Shown: in pieces, positions 40,410-50,823 of the stretch
Layout of the letters: every line of letters starts with the position of its first letter
Position numbering within the stretch: position 1 is the first letter of the stretch
Assembly (NCBI GenBank): GCA_964016885.1
Contig: OZ024740.1
Coordinates: 60,760,001 to 60,824,000, forward strand
Direction of reading: 5' to 3'
Source: Eledone cirrhosa
Lineage: Eukaryota
DNA: 64,000 nt
Notes under the pieces: model-generated
The model's input: the letters and a program-made list of their open reading frames with translations, nothing else
What the model was told of the DNA's origin: nothing
Database searches by the model: none
Position numbers and translations under genes: made by a program

Positions 40410-40605
40410 AGGGCGGTGGATTGGCAGTATTGGTAGAGGGTCGGACGCCATGCATTGCAGCAAAGAGTTACATCCCTTTATGGTCTGAGTTCAAATCCCA
40501 TCGAGGTTAACTTTGCCTTTCATCCTTACGGGGTAGATAAAATAAAGCACCAGTAATGCACTGGGATAATTACTGGCCTTGTGCCAAATGTAGAAACAAT
40601 TATTA
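40410..40605 (+). mobile_element. SINE family A copy
   Basis: Full consensus; attattaacaattattaa on both sides. Confidence 0.9.
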
Positions 40606-40704
40606 ACAATTATTAATTTTCTATTGAATGGTTTGAAACAACCTGTTTCTTAAAGTTTAATAACATCTAACCCTTAGATTGATAATTTCTAAATCTTAAT
40701 TAAC

Positions 40705-41320
40705 AGTTCCTATGTTTCTATAAATACCTTGGAAGCTCTATCAACAGAAATGGGAAAATGGTGAAAGAAATTAATTGCAGAATAGGCAAAGCTTCGCCTG
40801 CTTTTAAGCAACTCTACAAGATCTTGAGAAGCAAAAAACTTTCGCTTGGTACCAATATGAGATTTTACAGCAGCAATGTGCATTCAATGCTCCTGTATGG
40901 GTGTGAAACGTGGAGTGTGAAGACCAAGAGAACCAATTAGATGCCTTTGATACCAAATGCCTAGAGAAAATCCTTGGCATTAGGTGGGATGACTTCATCA
41001 CCAACAAAGAAGTCCATCAATGAACCATTCAACAACATGTATCTAACATCATGTGCAAGAGTTGACTTGGCAGATTAGGACACATCTCATGACTCCCCAG
41101 TGAGAGACATGCTAATCAAGTCCTGTATTCCTACCTTCATGAAAAGAGGTGAAGCGGACATCCCAAGATGAACTGGTGGCAGACAATTGATAGAGACCTG
41201 AAACCCGTTAACAAAAGTTTGAATGATGCATTGATAGATGCAACTGCCTGTGGTCATTAGAACACTTTGGCTGCCTCATGCATCTCAAGACACAGGAACT
41301 TCTATTCCTAAGTCTATAAA
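40705..41320 (+). mobile_element. Decayed RTE/BovB-like LINE 3' fragment (different family)
   Basis: KYLGS.I...KEINCRIGKAS.AF...LLYGCETW...LDAFDTKCLEKILGIRWDDFITNKEV. Confidence 0.8.
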
Positions 41321-41508
41321 TAAAACGAACAACATGGTTTCATCATCATCATCATTGCCATTGCCATTTGTATGTCAATCTTTTTATACAGTTTCTCTCT
41401 GCAAATTTCATTCACAAGACATTGGTTGGTTCGATACTATAGTTGAAGACACTTGCCTAAGGTGCCATACAGTTGGGAAGAACCTGAAACCATGTGGTTG
41501 CAAACTTC

Positions 41509-41737
41509 TTAACTCTTTAACATTTACATTACTCTATATATACTATTGTATTTTTGTCATATAGATGTTATCTCACATAAATATCTCACATAATATCGAA
41601 TCTATGAGATTTTGATATTATTTATTTTGAGAATGATACCTTAACATAAATATGAGTACCAAGTTACAGCCAGTTTGAATAGAAAGAGGTGAGAGAATTC
41701 TGGCCAGATATGGCCAGTTTAAATGCTAAAGGGTTAA
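41509..41737 (+). mobile_element. TTAA-flanked MITE, copy 3, nested in an old SINE
   Basis: 229 bp; interrupts ...catgtggttgcaaacttcTTAA|acactcagc at a TTAA. Confidence 0.9.
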
Positions 41738-42293
41738 ACACTCAGCTTTACATCTATCTATTACAAAACAAAAATTACTTTCAATTAGATATCCCATTAT
41801 CTCAGCCTTTCAGTCAATCATTTCAAACATTCTTTTTTGCTGGAATAATATGTGAGGCAGCATACAACAGTGCTATTAAATGATGTTTATGACATATCCT
41901 TATATATCATGGGCATAGGTAGTTATATGGTTAAGAAGTTTTTGCTGCAACTATTTCTGGATGTTTCTGGGTTCAGTCCTTCTGTACACCTATTATAGCC
42001 TCAGGTTCATCAATACAATTTGAATGGAATTTGGTAGTCAGATACTTAGCAGAAACCTGTCATATGTGAGTGTTTGCATGTGCCTGTTGGTCTCTATGTC
42101 TCTGCTTATGTTGCATCCCTTTGTGCCTCATAACTTAGCAGTTCAATAAACAGAGATTAATAAAATAAGTACCAAACCAAAATAAGTGCTAAAACTTTTA
42201 AAAGGGGTACCCCAACATGACTGAAACTAGTAAAAGATTCAATAACTTATGAGTCACTCCTATTTGATTGATCTATTTCAAAGTGATTGCAGC

Positions 42294-42535
42294 TTAACCC
42301 TTTAAATACCAACCCACCAATAACTACTTCCATTGTGTTCAAAATTAAATTTAAACATTCAACTGAAATCTCATTATTACTTACAATATGAGATTGTAAT
42401 AGTTAAATATTTGTCTTTTGTTATGAAGTTAAAAGTTAGTTATTTCACTAAACCTCTTATAATTGCTGATTATTTTGATACTTAAAACACAAAGGCAGTA
42501 TATTGTTATTAGAAATGTGGTAACAAAAGGGTTAA
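42294..42535. mobile_element. Older TTAA-CCC MITE family member
   Basis: TTAACCCTTT...AAAAGGGTTAA termini; related decayed pieces near 8730, 13000, 31345 and 54034. Confidence 0.65.
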
Positions 42536-42787
42536 TATTAATCAAGATTAATCTCTACTTTACATCCTTCATGGTAACCATTATAAATATTTTATACTGC
42601 ACTATAGGTTAACCTATAAAAAGTGAATGTCTGTGGAAGCCCTGAAGCTCCTCAGATTGGTACTTATCCCAATTTCATTGAATTTAAGTGACTGAGAGTA
42701 CGAGATGGCAGTCCCAGGGTTAACCACCAGCTATCAATGGTATTGAGAACATAACATGCCACCCAGTCAAAGAATTGAACCCACTAC

Positions 42788-45700
42788 ATCATCATCATCA
42801 TCATCATCGTTTAACGTCCGTGTTCCACGCTTGCATGGGTTTGGACGGGGGTTTTCCCACTTGAGGCAAGAGTGATTGTCTTGCTCGCATAGGACTGTCT
42901 GGCAGGTTTTCTACAGTTGGATGCCCTTCCTAACACCAACCACATTTACAGTGTGGGTCTGGGAGGTTTTTACCGTGTTGCCTACATGGCCACATTACAG
43001 CGTGGACTGTGTGTTTTTTTGTCGTGACACCTACACGATCTCATTTGTTTCGGCCTGGATGGTGTGGCACCAACATAACTTTACATAGAAGGGGGCGGTG
43101 TGGATGGGGTGGGGGTGGTGGGACGGGGGTGTATTTTGTTAGAGATGCCTACTGACTGTAGTGGGTTTTACTTTGTATTTAGGTAAGGCGGATCTTCTCT
43201 ATTACAGAGTACCGCCAAAGGTCTCGGTCCAGTGACATTGTCTTGGTGAGGTGTAAGTGTGTGAGGTCGGAGTTTATCAGCTCGTCCCAGGTTTTTCTGG
43301 GTCTGCCTATTCCATGGCTACCGTCTATCTTTATTGCCCTGGACTTTGTTATACAGCTATCGTCCTTCATGCGCATCACGTGACCATACCAACGTAGCCT
43401 TCTCTCTAGTAAACAACATCTGATCCCTCTTATTTCTAATTTTTTCCTTAGTTCGTTTATGCTTTGTCGTTCACGTATATTACTATTACACATCCAGCGG
43501 AGCATGCAAGCTTCGTTTCTCTCTAGTCTGCGTATATCCTCTGCACACAATGCCCAGGTCTCACTGCCATGCAACATTGCTGTTCGTATGCAGGCATCGT
43601 ACAACCTGCCTTTCATTTTTAGGGAGAACCCTTTAGCGGCTAATAGTGGTATAAGCTCTCTGAACTTTTTCCACCCAGTTCTGACTCTAGCTACTGTACT
43701 TTCAGAGCACCCTCCCCCACTGCTGATTTTGTCACCCAGGTAACGGAAGCTGTCCACTATTTCTATAGAACCCTCTGCGCAGTTGAAAGAGCTAGTATTT
43801 TGTGGGCACTTGCTGCTACTTATTACCCCAGAACACCGGCCACATGTAAAATCTATGTTCTTAGTTAGCTTACCTGTGATCCCACTACATCTTTTATGAA
43901 CCCAAACTTTGTATTTGGGACACAAAATGGAATTTCTACCTACGCCTTTCCTACACTCTGCGCATGGCCACTTCCCGGAGGGGACCGCCACCTTATTTTC
44001 TTTCTTACAAACTAGAACTTTAGTCTTAGCCAGGTTAATTTTAAGGCCTTTTGATTCTAGCCCGTGCTTCCATGTTTGGAATTTCTTCTCTAGCTCGGCC
44101 ATTGATTCAGCTATGAGCGTTAGATCATCTGCGTATAGGAGTTCCCATGGGCAGCCGGTCTTGAACTCCACTGTTATAGCCTGGAGGGCAATAATAAATA
44201 GTAGGGGGCTAAGAACAGAGCCCTGATGAACACCAACTTTTACACTAAACTCTTCACTATATTCGTTGTTAATTCTAACCTTGCTGACTGTTTCTTTATA
44301 CATGGCTTGTATAGCTCTCACAAGCCATTCATCGACACCTAGTTTTCTAAGAGCCCACCAGATAATGGAACGGGGGACTCTGTTGAAGGCCTTCTCCAAG
44401 TCGACGAAAGCTAAGTATAGGGGTTTACTTTTAGCTAGGTACTTCTCCTGTAGTTGTCGTACATTGAAAAGAGCGTCTGTGGTACTTTTTCCTGACACAA
44501 ACCCGAACTGCATTTCATCTAGATCAATTCGCTCTCTGATTAGTTGCGCTATTACTTTTTCCGTGATCTTCATGACCTGGTCGATTAATTTAATGCCTCT
44601 ATAGTTACTCCTATCTAGGGCATCTCCTTTACCCTTATAACAGTTAACGATAATGCTGCTACGCCAGTCCTTCGGAACAACCCCATTCTGTATGACTTGG
44701 TTTACTATCCGGGTGACCATGGTGTGTCCCACCGTACCAGATGCCTTCAGCATCTCGGCAACTATTTCCGAAGGCCCAGCCGCCTTGCCTGTCTTCATAT
44801 CTTTGATTGCCTTACTTATTATACTACCCTCGACTAACACTGCTGGTCCCTCTATTGGGTCGATGTGGGGGAGACTGTCTTTCTCCCATTTATTCTCCTC
44901 ATTGAGTAGCCTTTCATAGTGACACTTCCAAGCTACCTTCTTATCGGCGTCGGTGATGGCAAGTACGCCGTCATCGTTAAGTACACACTTCTCCCCAACA
45001 ATATCACTGTTTTCCTTGACACATTGCCTAGCAATCCTGAACACCTCACGTTTTTGGTCCTCACGTTGTAGAATATGCTTGAACTTTCTTTCCTCTGCTT
45101 CCCTTCTTGCGAAGTACACTTGTCTCCTAGCTTCCCTCCTGGCCACTTGATAGTCTTCTCTGCTTCCCCCATCCCGCCATACTTTCCAAGCCTGCTTTTT
45201 GGCCTTGATTGACCCCTCCACCTTACTGTTCCACCACCATGTTACTCTCCTCCTGCCTACAGGCCTGCTCCAGCCACAGACTTCGTCTGTCGCCGTCAGC
45301 AGGTTTGCTTTCAGGAATTCCCACTGTTCCTCTACCTTGTACGACTATTTGCTCTTCCTTACTGTCGAAAGCATCAAGTAATATGCTTTGGAATTTATTT
45401 TTGGCTGTGGGGTCCTTTAGCTTCCATATTTTTCTCCTGAGGGTAGTCCTCTTCTGTTGCCTAGTATGTCTCGTCCTGACTATTAGGTCGCAAATTATCA
45501 GTCTATGTTGGGAGGTGCATTCTTCATGGGGGAGGGATTTAGTGTTTACAACAGTCACTTTGTCACGTCTTCTGGTAAGGATATAATCTACCTGGCTGGT
45601 ATGTTCCCCTGATCTGTAGGTGATCAAGTGATTGTCTCGTTTTTTGAAGTTAGTGTTGCAGATAGTTAGGTTATTTGCGTCACAGAATTCCAGGATTCTG

Positions 45701-46750
45701 GAGCCTTCCTCATTTCTAGTACCAAACCCATAGCCTCCATGGATTTCATCGTAGCCATCACAATGTTGTCCAACGTGACCGTTTAGGTCGCCTGCAATAA
45801 TTATATAGTCACTGTCGGTTATTTGGGAGGTAGTGAGCATCAGTGTCTCATAGAATCTGTCTTTTATAGTGCTGGGCAGTCCGGATTGGGGTGCGTACGC
45901 GGATATTACTGTCACCGTGGTTCTATTGAGGACAAGTCTTATTTTAATTATTCTGTCGTTCACTCTATTTACGTCTATTATCTTATCTGCCCACTTTTCT
46001 GCTACCATGATTCCTACCCCACCCAGCCCATTGTCATTTCCCACCCAGAAAAGCTTATAGCATCGTTTTCTACCCACAATGAATCTAGCAGATCCACCCC
46101 TCCACCTGGTCTCTTGAATACAACAAACATCGACCTCCTTACGTTCAAGCATTTCTACAACCTCGTTAGAGCGACCCTTTAAGGTGCCTACATTCAAGGT
46201 ACCAAATCTGAAGTTTTGGATTGCGTTTGGGGGGTGGGAAAGGTGGGGAGAGGGGGGAGATGGGGTTGTGTTAGCCATCCGCGGCCGAAACAAAGAGGCA
46301 TGTTCGCATTCTCGTCCACGAGGTGTGTTTGTCTTTAACTTTGGCATTGTCGCTGAGCGTCCAGATTTTTCTCTCTTCAACTCTCCGGAACTCCGTAGTC
46401 CTTCCATCCTACATACCGAAGGCGACCAGGTAAGCGATAGTATAGGCCTCTGGCTTATGATTGGTCCACGTGATAATAATGGTGGTGCGTGGGGGTGGGA
46501 GGGAGGGGTGTTGAGTTGTTAGCGAGAAGAATAGGTTTAAGTTAGATCCTAGTATTTTACGAACGTAAACAAAAATACAAGATTTGTTTAGTAAGATACG
46601 CCAAAAACTTCCGTATTTTACAATCAGGACAAAATACAAGAGATTTGTTTTGGAAAATACAGGAGGAAATAGGTTTGGAAGGACTATGGAATAAGCGGAT
46701 GTTAGAAAGCTAGAAAAATGAGTACATTACATTTTACCATGAAAGAGAAT
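42788..46750 (-). mobile_element. Apparently full-length RTE-clade LINE with a single frameshift
   Basis: APE (TLNVGTL, IQETRW, SAYAPQ, AGDLNGHVG, VDYIL, QHRL) in 46407-45348. RT (AFVDLEKAF, GVHQGSVLSPLLF, LLYADDL, FRYLG) is open from 45344 to the stop at 43179. About 390-nt 3' UTR ending (GAT)n at 42788-42808; 5' boundary approximate. Confidence 0.95.
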
Positions 46751-47625
46751 CTGCCACATGATAACCATAACTCCTGCACCCTAACCACTAGACCTAGTAC
46801 TTTCACAAATTAACCTATATTAAAACTGTTAGTGATATTTAATAGAGTCTTTGAGAGAAATTTTGCAAAAAAAAACTGCTTTCAAGTGCCAAGAGAGAGT
46901 ATTCACAAAATTCAAGGGAGTGGGCGTGTGAGTGTTTTAGGGTTTTTTTTTAGAAGAGCATCAGATATTCATGAGCCCCTCTCTTGGCTCTCTGAGCCTC
47001 ATACAAACATACTAGCTGCACTACCCCTCTTATAAGCCCTCATTACATACCCTTATATGACAGGGTTAGTTGGATGTTCTTCAGATAATATTTCATTCTC
47101 ATTATGCACTATTAGTGCTCCATAGTTTATAAGTTTCTAGCATGTGGCATTTTAACCCAAAGCATACTAGCTATAATAATATTTTTATAACATCTGAATA
47201 TAATGTATTGAAAATATGCTGGAGTTCATATAGCTACCAGATGTTTGTTTAGAGTAAAGACGTGACATGAGAAAGAGAGAGAGACATTCTTGCCTCACAA
47301 TTCAACAACAAAAAGTGAATTAGACACTGAGATTTTACAACATTAATAACTACACATGTTGACATGCTGTCATGGTTCTATAAATATTTTGAATAAATAT
47401 AGAAATCTTCTCACCACCTAATAATTATCTCTTAAAAATTATTGTAATTATTCATTAATTTGTAATAATAGTAATTATGCATAATTTAATCTTTCTAAAT
47501 CAAATTTTGCTATTATCACCATCATTATACAGTTAGTTTAATTAAAATTATTATACACAAAATTTAATTAAAATTATATTGTTTTCATTCACATTTATAC
47601 AATTTCATAACCAATAAAATCCCTC

Positions 47626-47881
47626 GAATATTTTATACTGAACAAAATGTGATTTTAACTAAAACTACATTTTCTAATATTGGTTTTATCATTCATGCAC
47701 AAAGCCAACAATTTTGGGGGAAGGGAAAGTTGATTAAATCGACCCCTATCAGTAATGCACTGGGTTCGATTTAATCGACTTTCCCCTCCCCCAAAATTGT
47801 TGGTCTTGTGCATAAATCAGAAACCAATATTAGATAATGTAGTTTTAGTTAAAATCACATTTTGTTCAGTATAAAATATTC
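47626..47881. repeat. Long inverted repeat (about 120-bp arms, about 15-nt spacer)
   Basis: gaatattttatactgaacaaaatgtgattttaactaaaactacat... is mirrored by ...atgtagttttagttaaaatcacattttgttcagtataaaatattc; the inner arms are SINE A tail sequence. Confidence 0.93.
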
Positions 47882-48380
47882 CATATATTGAAGTATATTT
47901 TTGAAAGATAATTTTCTGTAGAATGAAACTTGGAGAATATATTCAAATTCTTAGCAGAATGGAGCATGCATTGCCATATGATTGAGAAGTTAGTTTTTAT
48001 AACATGGTTTGGGATTTGTTCTTACAACACATCACATCTGGCAAAGACCTTCAATAGGACAGTGTTTGAGAGTAATGGAAGGGACATTGTCAGATCTGCT
48101 GGTCTTGTTTGCTTGAAGTGACTGGGGGTAGTTTTGCCCTTGGCATGTATGTGTACATGGTGGTGAGCCCGGTTGAGTAAGAAGGGATAATTTTGAAGGA
48201 GATTTACTAAGTGTGAGCTGTGTGGAGTTAAATGGAAAGCAGAAAGTAAATGTGAAGGCTATCCCTATGGAGGTAGAGTCCATTGAACCAGCATGATTAA
48301 CAAGTGGAGCAAAAAAAAAGTCCACAAGCTGGCAGAGTCATGCAAAAGACAACTTATCTCATAAATGTTTTTTTTTTATT

Positions 48381-48798
48381 TGTTGCCTTTTAGATTAGTG
48401 ATTATTCTGATTTCACCCACAGTTAATGGAGACTTCTGGTGTCCTTGGCCCCAGGGACACCTCCTTACTCACCACCATTGGCACAGAGTTGGCTGCCCGC
48501 AGGTGTGAGCCCTGCTAGCTAGAATGGCGCTTCCAGCGTGTCACCCTCAACATCCTCCAAGGAAACGCTGTCTCTATTCTGTCTGCTGGGACCATGGACG
48601 TTCAGCAAGTGGACCCCGTTTGCTTATAATAGTGAGATGGGGAGAGTGGGAGAGATGGAGGCAGTGACAGTGGGAGTTTGGTTCTATTGTGTTCGGACCT
48701 GGTGTATATGTATATATATATTTACCACACTACATTAATACTTATAGTTTATTTTGTTCATCAGGCATCATCACATTAATGAACTAGAGTCTACAACA
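48381..48798. mobile_element. Candidate solo LTR
   Basis: TGTTG...CAACA perfect terminal inverted pentamers, flanks tatt/tgtt, GC-richer interior, 418 bp. Confidence 0.55.
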
Positions 48799-49013
48799 TG
48801 TTACAGCAGAATCTTGGGTGATAGTGTCTGTTTGATGAACGTGATCCAATATTATCTCAAATAGTTAAGTGTACCAAGTCATCTTCATACTAATTGAAAT
48901 GCTTCTACATCTGCTCAATTAGAGAACAAAGTACAATTTCTCAATGGGTAGAGAAATAATAGGTTTTTGTTGTTTTTTACCATGGATCAACTGAACAGAA
49001 AGACCATATTTGT

Positions 49014-49242
49014 TTAACCCTTTAGCATTTAAATCAGCCATATCCAGCCAGAATTCTCTCACCACTTTCTGTTCAAACCAGCTATAACTGGCCACTTATA
49101 CTGATGTTAAGGTATTGTTCTCAAAATAAATAATATCAAAATTTTGTAGATTCGATAATATGTGAGGTAATTATGTATGGTAAAGCCTTCACTGCGAAAA
49201 TACAATAGTAAATATAGAGTAATATAAATGCTACAGGGTTAA
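49014..49242 (-). mobile_element. TTAA-flanked MITE, copy 4
   Basis: Reverse complement of copies 1-3, 229 bp, TTAA at both ends. Confidence 0.92.
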
Positions 49243-49357
49243 ATTTTAAGAATGACCAATTTAATACGTTGTAATATGCAGAACCATTAAAATAGCTGTT
49301 TTGATATTTTTGATAATGATTTCTATATTGCATAATTCTTATTTTCATATTTGACAG

Positions 49358-49522
49358 ATCTCATGTGCAAATGCCAGAAATAATATACAGAGCATACCTC
49401 CAGGGAAAACCTTTGACTGGATCTCAACTACAGCAAGCTAAACTGAATAAAACTACTCTCTCAGATATTGTCCAATGGGGAAGTATGATTATTTTTGACT
49501 TCCTAACAGCAAACTATGATAG
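49358..49522 (+). CDS. fj: Four-jointed kinase exon C
   Basis: Acceptor tttgacAG; reads (R)SHVQMPEIIYRAYLQGKPLTGSQLQQAKLNKTTLSDIVQWGSMIIFDFLTANYD(R). QW..M.IFDFLT.N.DR is the conserved fj/FAM20-superfamily catalytic segment. Donor ag|GTAAGA at 49523; phase 2 on both sides. Confidence 0.92.
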
Positions 49523-49576
49523 GTAAGACAATCATTATTATATTTTCATCATCAGATTTTTACCCACATTACGAGA

Positions 49577-49964
49577 AATAATTGTTTCTACTTTTGGCAC
49601 AAGGCCAGCAATTACCCCAGTGCATTACTGGTACTTTATTTTATTGAGCCTGTAATGATGAAAGGCAAATCTAATCTCAGCGAGATTTGAACTCAGAACA
49701 TAAAGAGCCATAACTCTGTGCTGCAAAGCTTGGTGTCTGATGCTCTACCAATACTGCCAATCCACATTACAAGAAATAATTATTTCTACTTTTTGCACAA
49801 GGGCAGCAATTACCCCAGTGCATTACTGGTGATTTGTTTTATCGACCCCGTAAGGATGAAAGGCAAAGTTAACCTCGGCAGGATTTGAACTCAGACCGCA
49901 AAGGGCCGTAACTCTATGCTGCAACACATGGTGTCTGACGCTCTACCAATACAGCCAATCCACC
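49577..49964 (-). mobile_element. Two tandem SINE family A copies
   Basis: Each is preceded by ccacattac(g/a)agaaataat. Confidence 0.9.
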
Positions 49965-50079
49965 ATTAGTATTGGTATTTATGATTAACTGTATTGTTAA
50001 ACAATCACATCTTTTCTTCCTCAACAAACATTTACAATACCAATCTAAATTGGTAGTTACTTCAATATTAACCTACAGA

Positions 50080-50420
50080 TGGAGGCACATGGCTTAGTGG
50101 TTAGAGCATTGGCCTTGCAATCGAAAGGTTGTGAGTTCAATTCTCAGACCGGGTGATGTGTTGTTTCCTTGAGCAAGACACTTTATTTCACATTGATCCA
50201 GTTTACTCAGCTGTAGAAATGAGATGATAGGGACTGGGGTCCATATCATTCCACTGCAAAGTGGCCGTGGAGTCGCCACGGCAAAAAAGCACCCAGCACT
50301 CACTGTAAATGAGGTTGGTGTTAGGAAGGGCATCCAGCTGTAGAAATCAAGCCAGAATCAGTTCCCGTCCCACCCTTGCAAGCAGGGAAAAGCGGACGTA
50401 AAATGAAATGATGATGATGA
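50080..50420 (+). mobile_element. SINE family B copy with RTE-derived tail
   Basis: Family B head, then ggttggtgttaggaagggcatccagctgtagaaa...gcaagcagggaaaagcggacgtaaaa..(GAT)n. Confidence 0.88.
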
Positions 50421-50640
50421 GTTCATTCTACTCCATGACTATACAGCTACATTAGGGATTTTACTATAAAATAGTATCTTGTTTGCAGTGGAATATTTCA
50501 CCCACATATGAGGCAGTGCTGCCACTAAATATACAAATATTCTAGACCAGGCATGTCAAACTGAGGGTCCTCCAAGGGCCACATGGGTCACGTGTTATTT
50601 GAGGACCACACATGACAACTAATTGCACACATTACAACTA

Positions 50641-50687
<47 letters not shown>

Positions 50688-50750
50688 TTCATTTATATTA
50701 AAACTCTACTTCAGTATTGAATACTCTTTTCTCTCAGCCATCAGCCACAT

Positions 50751-50823
<73 letters not shown>

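Noticed and set aside
45340-45350. Programmed ribosomal frameshift in the RTE
   Set aside because: No slippery heptamer seen, and RTE APE-RT is normally one ORF; a mutation or assembly indel is simpler.
46408-46750. HDV-like ribozyme in the RTE 5' UTR
   Set aside because: Known for some RTEs, but I could not identify the nested double-pseudoknot pairing by eye; needs a covariance-model search.
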